From Terriglobia bacterium (lineage in GTDB: Bacteria > Acidobacteriota > Terriglobia > 20CM-2-55-15): a DNA stretch of 64,000 nt. Shown here one piece after another: positions 22,473 to 33,005 of the stretch. Every line of letters begins with the position of its first letter. Within the stretch, counting starts at the first letter, position 1. A program made the position numbers and the translations under genes. The notes beneath the pieces were generated by a model that worked only from the letters and a program-made list of their open reading frames with translations, did not search any database and was not told the DNA's origin. Where the stretch lies: positions 64,001 through 128,000 of the forward strand of contig CBDCLE010000025.1 in the NCBI GenBank assembly GCA_965218585.1, in the 5' to 3' direction.

Positions 22473-23026
22473 AATTTCAGAAAGTTCGACAGCAGGTCAT
22501 GTCCAACCTGGGTCAATATCGATTCCGGGTGAAACTGAATGCCTTCGGTCGAACCGTCCCGGTGCCGCACGCCCATGACAACGCCATCCTCAGTTGTCGC
22601 GGTCGGCTCCAGACTGTCGGGAAGATCATCCACCATCAGAGAATGATATCGAGTAGCTGAAAAATCCTGGGGCAAGTCCGCAAAAATCGTCCGGCCATCG
22701 TGATGGATACGGCTCACCTTACCGTGCATCAGGTTTGGGGCAGCGACAACCTGGCCTCCAAACACCTCAGCGATGGCTTGATGCCCGAGGCACACACCCA
22801 GAATCGGGATTTTGGCATGAAAGTACTCTACAACCTGTTCCGAAATTCCAGCTCTGGAGGGAACGCCCGGACCTGGAGAGATGACGATACGGTCCGGCCT
22901 GCTCTCGTCGATGGCTTCTACAGTCGTCTTGTCGTTTCGGAATACGTACGGTTGCTCACCCAACTCCCCCAGATACTGAACCAGGTTGTAGGTAAAGGAG
23001 TCGTAATTATCGATAACGACGATCAT
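22469..23026 (-). CDS. trpG: Anthranilate synthase component II (glutamine amidotransferase)
   Basis: IDNYDSFTYNL, SPGPG, GVCLGHQ, QFHPES. Confidence 0.95.
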   Translation of the reverse strand: MIVVIDNYDSFTYNLVQYLGELGEQPYVFRNDKTTVEAIDESRPDRIVISPGPGVPSRAGISEQVVEYFHAKIPILGVCLGHQAIAEVFGGQVVAAPNLMHGKVSRIHHDGRTIFADLPQDFSATRYHSLMVDDLPDSLEPTATTEDGVVMGVRHRDGSTEGIQFHPESILTQVGHDLLSNFLKL

Positions 23027-24525
23027 ATCTCCAGGCCTTTCGCAGCCAGCTCGACAGCTCGCACCAAGGCCCGAGCCTTGTTTACCGTCTCCATGTATTC
23101 AGTCTCGGGTACGGAATCAGCCACGATTCCGCCGCCTGCCTGGATATAACCGCGGCCGTCCTTTGCGAGGAGCGTCCGGATAGCGATACACGAATCCAGG
23201 TTATTGCTGAAATCTGCGTAGAGAACAGCTCCGGAATAGACACCACGCCTTGTCGGTTCCTGCTCGTCGATGATCTCCATCGCACGAACCTTGGGCGCAC
23301 CCGATACCGTTCCCGCTGGGAAGCAGGCCATTAGCGCATCAAAGCGATCCACATCATCGGCAAGCTCTCCCGACAGAGAAGAAACCAGATGCATTACGTG
23401 GGAATACCGCTCAACGAACATGAAGTCGTCCACGTGCACCGTACCGTACTTCGAGACTCGACCCAGATCGTTGCGGCCCAGATCGACGAGCATGACGTGC
23501 TCGGCGCGTTCTTTTTCATCGGCTAGCAATTCATCCGCAAGTCGACGGTCTTCGGATTCGTCCTGCCCACGCGGACGCGTCCCGGCTATAGGACGATACG
23601 CCGCGTTTCGGCCGCGAACCTGGATCAACATTTCTGGAGATGCCCCCACGATGGAAGCGTCGGGCATCTCGAGAAAGTACATATACGGCGAGGGGTTAAC
23701 CATGCGGAGCGCCCTGTAGATCTCAAACGGGGGCATTGGCAGATCCACTTCGAAACGTTGCGCCAACACGACTTGAAAAATGTCGCCGGCGGTGATGTAT
23801 TCTTTGGCGCGCCTGACAGCTTCGAGGTAATCCTCTTTATCGAAATTCGATCGGACTTCGACCTCAGTCTGGCTTCGTGTCGGCGTCGGAATCTCCACAG
23901 CCTGGCTTAACAGGGTCTCTGTCGCTTCTATTTCTTCCACTGCTTTCGCGTACAGAGTTTCAATCGATTCCTCACGCTCATCGTTCTCGTTCAGAAAGAG
24001 GTTCGACACGATGTGAATCTGATTTCTAAGGTGATCGAAGGCAAGAACGGTCCTGAAGAACATCAACGTCGCATCGTTGCTGCCGAGGTCGTCGTGACCG
24101 GAATCGGGAATTTCTTCGATCAGGCGCACCATGCCATAGCCGAAGTACCCGACGGCTCCACCGGAAAATGGTGGCAGGCCTGGAACCGCTACCGATCGAA
24201 AACTTCGCATCGTCTTGCGCAAGTCGTCGAAAAAGTTCTCGCGTTCGGCCGGGGGAAAGTGCCTGTGCTCAGTCTTATCATCGGAAACGTCGGGCGCGGT
24301 TGGCCCGACACTGATTACGAGAAAAGGATCGCAACCGAGGAACGAATAGCGCGCCAGTTTTTCGCCCCCCTCAACGGATTCGAGCAGGAACGCATGGCGG
24401 CTTCCCTCCCGGAGCTTGAGGAAAGCGGAAACCGGCGTCAGGAAGTCGGCGACGACCGATTTGTAAATCGGAACGACGTTGCCGTCCTTGGCGAGTTGCT
24501 TAGCTTCTTCCAGACTGGGACGCAT
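23023..24525 (-). CDS. trpE: Anthranilate synthase component I
   Basis: [44 protein letters not shown]. Confidence 0.96.
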   Translation of the reverse strand: MRPSLEEAKQLAKDGNVVPIYKSVVADFLTPVSAFLKLREGSRHAFLLESVEGGEKLARYSFLGCDPFLVISVGPTAPDVSDDKTEHRHFPPAERENFFDDLRKTMRSFRSVAVPGLPPFSGGAVGYFGYGMVRLIEEIPDSGHDDLGSNDATLMFFRTVLAFDHLRNQIHIVSNLFLNENDEREESIETLYAKAVEEIEATETLLSQAVEIPTPTRSQTEVEVRSNFDKEDYLEAVRRAKEYITAGDIFQVVLAQRFEVDLPMPPFEIYRALRMVNPSPYMYFLEMPDASIVGASPEMLIQVRGRNAAYRPIAGTRPRGQDESEDRRLADELLADEKERAEHVMLVDLGRNDLGRVSKYGTVHVDDFMFVERYSHVMHLVSSLSGELADDVDRFDALMACFPAGTVSGAPKVRAMEIIDEQEPTRRGVYSGAVLYADFSNNLDSCIAIRTLLAKDGRGYIQAGGGIVADSVPETEYMETVNKARALVRAVELAAKGLEI

Positions 24526-25129
24526 GGCGATTCTTCAGTTCGCGAGTGATGTCTTCCAGGGACACACCGCGTTCGACGAGCAGGACCATTAGGTGATAGA
24601 TCAGATCGGAAGTCTCTGAAACGAGCTCTCGAGGCTCCTGGTTTTTGGATGCAACAATCGTCTCCGTTGCCTCTTCGCCTACCTTCTTGAGAATCTTGTC
24701 CAGCCCGCTGTCAAACAGGTAAGTCGTGTAACTGCCCTCGGGACGCGATTCCTTTCGTCCCTCAATAAGTTCAAAGAGCTGGCCTAAGAAACCCTCAAAT
24801 TGAGGTTCGACACCGAAACAGGAATACGTTCCCTTGTGACACGCAGGCCCTGCGGGCGTCACTTCAACGAGGACCGTATCAGAATCACAATCCAAACGGA
24901 CCTGCTGGACCGACTGCAGGTTCCCTGACGTTGCTCCCTTGTGCCAGATTTCCTGCCGGCTCCGACTGTAGAAGTAGGTTTCGCCTTTATCCAGCGTCAA
25001 CCCGAGCGACTCCCGATTCATGTACGCCACCATCAGGATCTCACGCGTCGCACTGTCCTGGACAACGGCAGGCACTAGGCCGTCGGCATCAAACTGAACG
25101 CTTTCAAGGATCTTCTTTCTATCCGTCAT
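24500..25129 (-). CDS. hisIE: Bifunctional phosphoribosyl-AMP cyclohydrolase/phosphoribosyl-ATP pyrophosphatase
   Basis: [27 protein letters not shown]...[12 protein letters not shown]. Confidence 0.96.
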   Translation of the reverse strand: MTDRKKILESVQFDADGLVPAVVQDSATREILMVAYMNRESLGLTLDKGETYFYSRSRQEIWHKGATSGNLQSVQQVRLDCDSDTVLVEVTPAGPACHKGTYSCFGVEPQFEGFLGQLFELIEGRKESRPEGSYTTYLFDSGLDKILKKVGEEATETIVASKNQEPRELVSETSDLIYHLMVLLVERGVSLEDITRELKNRHASQSGRS

Positions 25130-25908
25130 CGAACCACAACCCCCTCATCCCGAAGGTGCGCCTTGGCCTCCTCGATCGTGAACTTTCTGAAGTGAAAGAT
25201 CGATGCAGCCAGAACGGCACTGGCTTTTCCCTCGACCAGGGCATCGAGCAGGTGATCGAGATTTCCCGCTCCACCCGAAGCGATCACGGGGACATCCAGA
25301 CCCGAAGCTATTTCCCGCGTAAGCTCAATGTCATAGCCGTCGTTCGTACCGTCAGCATCCATGCTCGTGAGCAAAATCTCACCCGCACCACGCCGGGCAG
25401 CCTCCCGGGCCCATTCGACGGCGTCGTTGTCGGTCCGGGTGCGGCCACCGTGGGTGTAAGCCTGCCATTTAACCGGACATTTTTTCGGACCGTCATCCAT
25501 AGGTCGCTCTCTACGGGCGTCGATTGCGACGACGATGCACTGGCTGCCGAATCGCTCAGCGACCTCGCTGACCAATTCCGGACGTTCTAGTGCGGACGTA
25601 TTGATGGACACCTTGTCGGCTCCAGACCGGAGGATATCCCGAACGTCCTCTACCGATCGTAACCCGCCACCTACCGTAAACGGGATGTTGATCGAGTCGG
25701 CGACCCGGCGAACCATATCGGTGACGATATCTCTTCGGTCCGAGGAAGCTGTAATATCGAGGAACACCAACTCGTCGGCTCCTTCCTCGGAATAGCGCAG
25801 TCCTGTTTCAACGGGATCCCCGGCATCCCTCAGCTCAAGAAAGTTCACGCCCTTGACAACACGTCCCTCCTTTACATCTAAACAGGGAATGATGCGCTTA
25901 GCTAACAG
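25126..25908 (-). CDS. hisF: Imidazole glycerol phosphate synthase cyclase subunit
   Basis: [30 protein letters not shown]; start is either CTG 25908 (after GGAGG) or GTG 25923. Confidence 0.96.
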   Translation of the reverse strand: MLAKRIIPCLDVKEGRVVKGVNFLELRDAGDPVETGLRYSEEGADELVFLDITASSDRRDIVTDMVRRVADSINIPFTVGGGLRSVEDVRDILRSGADKVSINTSALERPELVSEVAERFGSQCIVVAIDARRERPMDDGPKKCPVKWQAYTHGGRTRTDNDAVEWAREAARRGAGEILLTSMDADGTNDGYDIELTREIASGLDVPVIASGGAGNLDHLLDALVEGKASAVLAASIFHFRKFTIEEAKAHLRDEGVVVR

Positions 25909-26635
25909 GGCCGGCCTCCACAATATTCAGGACTTCCTCCAGATCTATTCGTCCTTCGTACAGGGCTTTGCCTATGATTGCGCCTTCGAGACGAGGATGT
26001 CCCACTTCGTGCAAGAGCTCGATGTCTGAACGATCCGACACACCACCGGAAGCAATGACACGAAGACCTGTGGTATCGAGCATCTTTTTGGTAGCTTCCA
26101 CATTGACGCCTCCGAGCTCACCGTCACGGGAAATATCGGTATAAATCACCAGTTCGACGCCGGCTGTCTCAAGTTGAGTGGCCAGTTCGAGGGCCGTCAA
26201 CGACCCATCGCTGGTCCACCCCTCTAAACGAACTGCTCCATCACGTGCGTCAATTCCGACTGCGATCCGAGCACCAAAGCGCGTGATTGCATCGCTGAGC
26301 AGGTCGGGGCTTTTTACCGCGGCAGTTCCAAGGATGACCCGGTCAACACCCGTGTCCAGCAAGCGTTCCACAGCCTCTATGTCCCGTATGCCTCCGCCCA
26401 CCTGAATCTGTACGTCCGGGCACCGGGTACGTATTCCCCTGATCGCATCTATGTTCCGGGACTCCCCTTCGAAAGCACCGTCCAGGTCCACAACATGCAA
26501 CCACCGTGCGCCAGCCTTAACCCATCGGCTGGCCATATCCACCGGCACTCCGTAAACGGTCGACTCCTCGCGACGGCCTTGACGGAGGCGGACGGCCTGC
26601 CCTCCGAGAATGTCAATTGCAGGATAGAGATTCAT
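25898..26635 (-). CDS. hisA: ProFAR isomerase
   Basis: [38 protein letters not shown]. Confidence 0.96.
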   Translation of the reverse strand: MNLYPAIDILGGQAVRLRQGRREESTVYGVPVDMASRWVKAGARWLHVVDLDGAFEGESRNIDAIRGIRTRCPDVQIQVGGGIRDIEAVERLLDTGVDRVILGTAAVKSPDLLSDAITRFGARIAVGIDARDGAVRLEGWTSDGSLTALELATQLETAGVELVIYTDISRDGELGGVNVEATKKMLDTTGLRVIASGGVSDRSDIELLHEVGHPRLEGAIIGKALYEGRIDLEEVLNIVEAGPVS

Positions 26636-27237
26636 GATCGTGCGAAGTTGTCGAGAATACGTTCACCGACGTGTTGGCTCTTCTCAGGATGAAACTGCGT
26701 CGCCCATACATTCCCGTTCCCCACTACGGAAGCAAATTCGATTCCGTAATCCGTGCTGGCGACAACCAGCTCCGGGTCGTCCGGCATCACGTAGTAGGAA
26801 TGGACAAAGTAGACGAAACTGCCCTCGTCAATGCCCTCCAGAATGGTATTCCGTTTTTGCCTGTGAAGCTGGTTCCAACCCATGTGCGGTACGTGGACAC
26901 CTTCCGGAATGCGTCTGACCTTTCCAGACAAAATACCCAGTCCGGAGTGATTGCCAAACTCTTTACTCTCGGTGAACAGGAGTTGCATGCCCAGACACAC
27001 ACCCAGCATCGGTGTGCCTTCCGCCACTTTCTTCACGATAAGTTCAGCCAGCCCAAGTTCATGCAGATTCCGCATCGCGTCACCGAAGGCGCCTACACCA
27101 GGCAGGATCAGTTTCCGGGCGCTGCTGACATCCTCGCGCCGGGAGGTGACACACGTCTCGTGTCGAAGGCGACCGAGCGTGTTCTCCAGGCTCCGAAGGT
27201 TGTTCAGCTGGTAGTCAATAATCGTAATCATCTTCAA
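26632..27237 (-). CDS. hisH: Imidazole glycerol phosphate synthase amidotransferase subunit
   Basis: LPGVGAF, GVCLGMQ, PHMGWN, YFVHSY, QFHPEKS. Confidence 0.96.
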   Translation of the reverse strand: MKMITIIDYQLNNLRSLENTLGRLRHETCVTSRREDVSSARKLILPGVGAFGDAMRNLHELGLAELIVKKVAEGTPMLGVCLGMQLLFTESKEFGNHSGLGILSGKVRRIPEGVHVPHMGWNQLHRQKRNTILEGIDEGSFVYFVHSYYVMPDDPELVVASTDYGIEFASVVGNGNVWATQFHPEKSQHVGERILDNFARS

Positions 27238-27305
27238 GAGCGGTCAGCTTCTCAGTTGTCAACTGCAACCTGACAGCAGAACGCCGATCGCTGAGGGCCT
27301 CTTAG

Positions 27306-27896
27306 CTACAACGTCCCTTTGGTTGAAGGAATTTCGCCGTCGTCAAACACCACTCGGCTCGCCAGGTGGATTGCACGGGCCGCAGCTTTGAACATCGTCT
27401 CGGCCATGTGGTGCTGGTTCCTCCCGTACAGGACTTCTGCATGAAGGTTCAGCCGGCCCTGCTGAACAAAAGCTTTGAAAAACTCCTCTATGAGCTCAGT
27501 CTGCAAGTCGCCAAGTAACGCCGTTTCGAAACGGGCCTTGTAAATGAGATATCCACGACCAGAAAAATCCACAACCACGCGACTGAGCGCTTCGTCCAGG
27601 GGAACGTAAGCGTGTGCGAAGCGCGCAATTCCACGACGTTCGCCCAGCGCTTCGTCGACGGCTTGGCCGAGAGCCCAACCGACGTCCTCTACGGTGTGGT
27701 GACCGTCGATTTCAAGGTCGCCCTTGGCCGCAATCTCCAAATCCATGCGGCCATGCCTTGCCAGCTGCGCCAACATATGATCGAAGAAAGGAATTCCAGT
27801 TGAGATTTCGTGCTCTCCAGTTCCGTCCAGGTTCAGGCGCACACGGATATCCGTTTCTTTCGTCGTCCTCTGTTTTTCTGCGATGCGAGGATTCAT
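27306..27896 (-). CDS. hisB: Imidazoleglycerol-phosphate dehydratase (monofunctional)
   Basis: RTTKETDI, FFDHML, DGHHTVED, NQHHMAE, PSTKGTL. Confidence 0.97.
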   Translation of the reverse strand: MNPRIAEKQRTTKETDIRVRLNLDGTGEHEISTGIPFFDHMLAQLARHGRMDLEIAAKGDLEIDGHHTVEDVGWALGQAVDEALGERRGIARFAHAYVPLDEALSRVVVDFSGRGYLIYKARFETALLGDLQTELIEEFFKAFVQQGRLNLHAEVLYGRNQHHMAETMFKAAARAIHLASRVVFDDGEIPSTKGTL

Positions 27897-28969
27897 GCCA
27901 GTGTCTCCAGTGCCCTGTCAAGAGCCTCAAGAAATCGCGTATTCTCATCCGGAGTACCCACGGAAACCCGCAGACACCCCTCAAGCATCGGGTAACCGCT
28001 CACGTCCCGCACAAGAACGCCCAACTCGTATAGGGCATCGAACAGCTGAAGAGCGGGGAACTGTGTGCGAAAGAGGATGAAGTTGGCGCGCGAGGGAAAG
28101 GCCTCAACACCTTTACGGCCGTCCAACTCTCCGTGTAGCCGCGAGCGTTCAGCAAGGAGCCGTCTCACCGGTGGCTCAACGTCAAACTCCTCAGCAATCA
28201 ACTCCGCCGCCGCCAACGTAAATATGTTCACGTTGTAGGGCAGCTTCACTTTCTGAACTTCAGTAGCGATCGCAGCGCTGGTCATCATGTAGCCAAAACG
28301 GAGACCGGCCAGCGACCATGCTTTCGAAAACGTTCTCAGCAGCAAGAGATTGTCGAATTTCTCCAGCAGCGGAAACAGCGTCTGCCCACTGAACTCGTGA
28401 TATGCCTCATCGATAATCACAAGCCCTCGTGCTTGGGAGAGGAGGCGTTCGGCATCGGATCGCTCCAGCAACGATCCGGTGGGGCTGTTAGGCGAACAGA
28501 CGATGACAACGTCCGATCCTTGCGCCGCTTCCAATAATTTGTCGACGTCAAAAGAAAAATCCGCCTCCTTTAACCCAACGCGTTCGATCGTGGCGCCCGC
28601 TGCTGTCGCCATCAATTCGTAAAGAGCGAATGTGGGCTGGGGGATGGCCACCCTTTTACCCGGGCCGAGTGTTACGGTTACCGCCGCGCTGATCAACTCG
28701 TTCGAACCGTTGCCAACCAGAATGCCGTCCGCATTCCACCCGGTAAATCGAGCGAGCGTCCGGAGAAGCTTTCCGGGCACGAACTCCGGATAGCGCCCCC
28801 AGTCTCTCTGGAGGGCACGATCCACAATCCTCCGCTTGAGATCCTCGGGGATCTCGTACGGGTTCTCATTCTGGTCGAGTTTGACCTCCGCCTCGAAGTG
28901 CGTCAGCGTATAGGCCGATACCGCCCGCACCTCCGGCTTAATGACTTCGGATTGTGATCGATCGGGCAT
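27893..28969 (-). CDS. hisC: Histidinol-phosphate aminotransferase
   Basis: KLDQNENP, GNGSNELI, DEAY, RTFSKAWSLAGLR. Confidence 0.95.
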   Translation of the reverse strand: MPDRSQSEVIKPEVRAVSAYTLTHFEAEVKLDQNENPYEIPEDLKRRIVDRALQRDWGRYPEFVPGKLLRTLARFTGWNADGILVGNGSNELISAAVTVTLGPGKRVAIPQPTFALYELMATAAGATIERVGLKEADFSFDVDKLLEAAQGSDVVIVCSPNSPTGSLLERSDAERLLSQARGLVIIDEAYHEFSGQTLFPLLEKFDNLLLLRTFSKAWSLAGLRFGYMMTSAAIATEVQKVKLPYNVNIFTLAAAELIAEEFDVEPPVRRLLAERSRLHGELDGRKGVEAFPSRANFILFRTQFPALQLFDALYELGVLVRDVSGYPMLEGCLRVSVGTPDENTRFLEALDRALETLA

Positions 28970-30221
28970 GTCCTGTCAGACCTTCTGCAATTGCGAACTT
29001 TTCTATGAGGCTACCTGAGCGTTCGATCGCCCGGCCTGAATAACGCACAATGCTTGTCCGCTTCAAGAAGTCATAAACACCGAGCGGTGAAAAGAACCGG
29101 GCCGACCGAGCGGTCGGCAATACATGATTCGGACCTGCAAAATAGTCGCCAACGACGGTCGGAGAGTAACGCCCAATAAAGACAGCGCCGGCATTCCTAA
29201 TGCCGTCGGCAATCCGGTCGGGCTCAGCCATCAGGACTTCCACGTGCTCGGGCGCGATGTGGTTGACCAGCCGGATGGCATCCTCTTGTCCACCGACTAT
29301 GAAACTGATCCCATTGTTGGCGACAGCCGTCCGGGCAATGGAATCTCTGTCCAGTGTCTCCAGCTGGATCTGGACCTGGTCGAACACCGCAGCTGCGAGG
29401 TCCTCAGACCAACAGATGAGCCAGACACCGGCCATCTCGTCATGTTCTGCCTGAGCCAACAGGTCCGCCGCGATCCAGCTCGGATCGCAGGTTTCGTCAG
29501 CCACTACGGCGACTTCACTGGGACCGGCGATCATGTCGATGTGCACACGGCCGAAGACAAGCCTCTTGGCCCCCTGAACGTACTGATTGCCGGGCCCGAC
29601 GATCTTGTCGACACTCGGAATAGATTCGGTTCCAAACGCAAGGGCCGCGATCGCCTGCGCACCACCCACTCGATAGACTTCGTGTATGCCAAGAAGGTCG
29701 AGGGCGGCTGCAACCAACGGATTCTCCTCGAGTGATTTCGGCGGCGTTGCCACGACCAGGCGTTCGACACCCGCTACCTGAGCCGGAATCGCGTTCATCA
29801 GCACGGACGAAGGATAGGCTGCCTTGAATCCCGGGATGTAGAGCCCCACAAGGCCGACAGGGGTGATCCGCTGGCCCAGATGGACGCCGTCTCCGGCGTA
29901 GATCTCCCAGGACTGCTGCAACTGCTCCTCATGAAATTGTCGAATGTTGGAAATTGCAATCTTGAGAATCTCTACAAGCTCGTCATCAGCACCGCTGGCA
30001 TATTCCCGGATCTGTTCACCGCTGACACGTACATGTTCTGGATCGAGCGTAGTTCCGTCGAAGCGACTGGTGTATTCGAACAACGCTTCATCACCCCGGT
30101 CACGGACCCCCGCAACGATGTCGGCGATCGTCTGGCTGACATCCGTTTCACCCTCGGCCGAAGGTAACAACCTGTCTACCACACCCAGATCCAGCGTTTC
30201 ACTTAGATCGACGATCCGCAT
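28938..30221 (-). CDS. hisD: Histidinol dehydrogenase
   Basis: GGAQAIAALAFG, GPGN, IDMIAGPSE, QAEH, APEH, GPNHVLPT. Confidence 0.97.
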   Translation of the reverse strand: MRIVDLSETLDLGVVDRLLPSAEGETDVSQTIADIVAGVRDRGDEALFEYTSRFDGTTLDPEHVRVSGEQIREYASGADDELVEILKIAISNIRQFHEEQLQQSWEIYAGDGVHLGQRITPVGLVGLYIPGFKAAYPSSVLMNAIPAQVAGVERLVVATPPKSLEENPLVAAALDLLGIHEVYRVGGAQAIAALAFGTESIPSVDKIVGPGNQYVQGAKRLVFGRVHIDMIAGPSEVAVVADETCDPSWIAADLLAQAEHDEMAGVWLICWSEDLAAAVFDQVQIQLETLDRDSIARTAVANNGISFIVGGQEDAIRLVNHIAPEHVEVLMAEPDRIADGIRNAGAVFIGRYSPTVVGDYFAGPNHVLPTARSARFFSPLGVYDFLKRTSIVRYSGRAIERSGSLIEKFAIAEGLTGHARSITIRSH

Positions 30222-30847
30222 CAGACCAAACCCTCCAGGGTCTCCACCATCTGTACGATTTCTTTCCGCTTCGTCTGGTAACTCGCTCTGTTAATCATCA
30301 GGCGCGCCGAACTCTCGGCGATGACCTCTACGATCTGCATCCCGTTGTCCGCCAGCGTGCGTCCTGTTTCCACGAGGTCTACAATCCGGTCCGCAAGTCC
30401 CACTAGAGGTGCCAGTTCGATCGACCCCGACAGAGGGATAATCTCCACCGCAATCCCCTGCGCATTGAAGTGCTCAAGCGTGATATGCGGATATTTGGTC
30501 GCGACGCGGACGACTGTGCGGAACGGTTCGTCCCCGCCCGGCTTCCTATCGGGGACTGCCACTACAATTCTGCACTGACCGAACCCCAGATCGAGCGGCT
30601 GCAGCACGTCAGTCTCCGATTCCATCAGCACGTCTCGACCTGCGATGCCGGCATCCGCCGCACCGTACTCAACGTACGTCGGTGCGTCCATGGGCTTCAC
30701 CAGTATCACGCGACACTTACTGTCCTTCGAATCGAAAATGAGCCTCCGGGATTCGGCAACGTCTTCTTCAAATTCGATACCCGCACGCGCCAGTAAATCC
30801 AGTGACGGTTCAAGAAAGCGCCCCTTCGCGATCGCAATCACAAGCAC
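30221..30847 (-). CDS. hisG: ATP phosphoribosyltransferase, short form
   Basis: AKGR, VATKYP, GSIELAPLVGLADRIVDLVETGRTL; 208 aa with adjacent hisZ. Confidence 0.96.
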   Translation of the reverse strand: MLVIAIAKGRFLEPSLDLLARAGIEFEEDVAESRRLIFDSKDSKCRVILVKPMDAPTYVEYGAADAGIAGRDVLMESETDVLQPLDLGFGQCRIVVAVPDRKPGGDEPFRTVVRVATKYPHITLEHFNAQGIAVEIIPLSGSIELAPLVGLADRIVDLVETGRTLADNGMQIVEVIAESSARLMINRASYQTKRKEIVQMVETLEGLV

Positions 30848-31920
30848 AACCGCACCCGCCTGCCTTCCCGACGCACTCGTATGGCTTCTTCGAAACTGGT
30901 TTCCTCACTTCCGGGTTCGGAGTCGATTTCGACCCCAAACGCCTTCGGGTCCACGATCTGTTCCAGCCGGTCCAGGCTGAATGAAAATCCAACCGCCGGC
31001 GTATCATGGCCAAACTGAGCGGGGAGGCCGTCATATCGCCCTCCGCTGGCCACTTCGAAGCCCAGACCGCGAACATAAGCCCGAAAGAGAATGCCGCTGT
31101 AATAGTCGAATCGTCGAATCTCCCCGAGATCGATCGTCAGATGCTGGTCCAGACCCAACCGCTCAAAGATCCCATATATGTTTTCGAGATGTCCGACGGC
31201 GCCTACGGACCGTTCATTGGTAACCAGCTCTCGAGCCTTGGCGAGGGTCTCGCGCCCTCCCGTTAGATGAGGGATCGCAAGCAGAATGTCCTTCAGGCGC
31301 TTTTCGAAACTGAGGCCGTCGAGCATCCTCTCCAATCCGGTTTGATCCTTAACGTTCAACAACCCTTTGAGCTGGTCGATATCTTTCTCGGGAAGATCGA
31401 TCCTGTCGACAATGCCGCCGAAGAAGTCCACACTCCCGAGGTTGATCTGGAAGTCCGTAACGCCGAGTTTTTCGAGGACCTCCATACAGACCAGCAACAC
31501 CTCACCGTCAGAATTCAAGGCCGAGCCTCCGTAATGTTCCAGCCCCATTTGAGCAAACTCCCTCTGCTGACCCCCCTTTGGCGTTTCAAACCGGAGCACC
31601 TCGCCGGAATAAGAGAGACGAACCGGTTTGGGTTCTTCCGACAGCCGCGTGGCCGCCATCTTCGCAAGCAGAGACGTGAATTCAGGCCGCAGAGCAAGAA
31701 CGTTGCCTTCACGGTCTATAAACCTGTATATGCGATCCTCCAGCTCGTTCCCCATTCCCTTCACAAAAACATCGAAGTAGTCGAGCATCGGGGGGATGAT
31801 CTCTTCGTAGGACCACCCTTCGAAAACCGAAAATATGGCCCTCTCGACAGCCCGGCGACGACGCGCAGCATCGCCGATAAGGATCTGGGTACCAGGCGGT
31901 ATCTGCGTAAGCGAATTCAT
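30838..31920 (-). CDS. hisZ: ATP phosphoribosyltransferase regulatory subunit
   Basis: HisRS-like motifs LALRPEFT, REFAQMGLE, YYSGILF, GGRYD; directly upstream of short hisG. Confidence 0.93.
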   Translation of the reverse strand: MNSLTQIPPGTQILIGDAARRRRAVERAIFSVFEGWSYEEIIPPMLDYFDVFVKGMGNELEDRIYRFIDREGNVLALRPEFTSLLAKMAATRLSEEPKPVRLSYSGEVLRFETPKGGQQREFAQMGLEHYGGSALNSDGEVLLVCMEVLEKLGVTDFQINLGSVDFFGGIVDRIDLPEKDIDQLKGLLNVKDQTGLERMLDGLSFEKRLKDILLAIPHLTGGRETLAKARELVTNERSVGAVGHLENIYGIFERLGLDQHLTIDLGEIRRFDYYSGILFRAYVRGLGFEVASGGRYDGLPAQFGHDTPAVGFSFSLDRLEQIVDPKAFGVEIDSEPGSEETSFEEAIRVRREGRRVRLCL

Positions 31921-33005
31921 CCGATCAGTCCTCGGCGATACAACAACTCCGCGTTCAAGACAGCAGCTCCGGCCGCCCCACGAATCGTGTTGTGGCTCAG
32001 CACCCGAAACTTGTGGTCCAACACAGAGCAGCGCGACACGGGACCTACGACCACAGTCATACCTTCACCCCGGTCACGATCCAGTCGCGGTTGCGGCCGA
32101 TCGTTGGCCTTTTCGACCACCATGAGGGGCCGCGGTGCCGACGGCAAATCCAGATCGTCGATACTGGATCTGTAGTCCTGGAAGGCCGCTTCCAGCTGCT
32201 CGGGTTGGGCCACCTGCTTCAGCTTGACCGAGCAGGCCTCCAGATGGCCATCCCGCACATTGACCCGATGCGTCATCGCGCTGATGCGAAACTGATTGTC
32301 TTCAAACCTGTCGCCTGACCACGTTCCGAGAATCTTCAGCGGCTCGGTCTCCATCTTCTCGGCTTCCTCACCGCCTGCGATATCGGGAACGACGTTGTCG
32401 ACTGCATCCAAAGAAGCGACGCCCGGGTATCCTGCTCCCGACAAAGCCTGCATGGTCACCACATGTACGGCTTCCAGTCCGAACGTACGGTCGAGGGCCG
32501 CCAGGGGAATGACCAGTCCGATCGTTGAACAGTTCGGGTTCGTTACGATGAAACCCTTGCCTCCGAAACGCGGCCGTTGCTTATCAAGAGCCTCTATGTG
32601 ATCCGCATTGATCTCGGGGACCAGAAGCGGGATATCCGCACCCATGCGATGAGGCGCCGCGTTGCTGATAACGGCGTATCCAGCTTCGGCAAACTCGATT
32701 TCGGTCTCACGCGCAATCGAAGATGGAAGTCCCGACAAAACGAAGTCGCAGTCCAGTCCTGGACGGCAGGCCTCGACCGTCATCGACCGAATCGCGTCCG
32801 GAATCGGTGACTCGAGTTGCCAATGGGCCGCTTCACTGTACTGTTTCCCGGCCGAGTTGCCCGAAGCGGCCACGGCTCCGATCTCAAACCACGGGTGGTC
32901 CTCAAGCATCTGAATCATCCGCTGGCCCACCGTCCCTGTCGCACCTAATATGGCAGTCTTGATCTTCTTCATGGCTTCAAACTCTTCAACACGGTTCCCA
33001 CTCAT
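31917..33005 (-). CDS. asd: Aspartate-semialdehyde dehydrogenase
   Basis: GATGTVGQR, PNCST, QALSGAG, HNTIRGAAG. Confidence 0.95.
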   Translation of the reverse strand: MSGNRVEEFEAMKKIKTAILGATGTVGQRMIQMLEDHPWFEIGAVAASGNSAGKQYSEAAHWQLESPIPDAIRSMTVEACRPGLDCDFVLSGLPSSIARETEIEFAEAGYAVISNAAPHRMGADIPLLVPEINADHIEALDKQRPRFGGKGFIVTNPNCSTIGLVIPLAALDRTFGLEAVHVVTMQALSGAGYPGVASLDAVDNVVPDIAGGEEAEKMETEPLKILGTWSGDRFEDNQFRISAMTHRVNVRDGHLEACSVKLKQVAQPEQLEAAFQDYRSSIDDLDLPSAPRPLMVVEKANDRPQPRLDRDRGEGMTVVVGPVSRCSVLDHKFRVLSHNTIRGAAGAAVLNAELLYRRGLIG

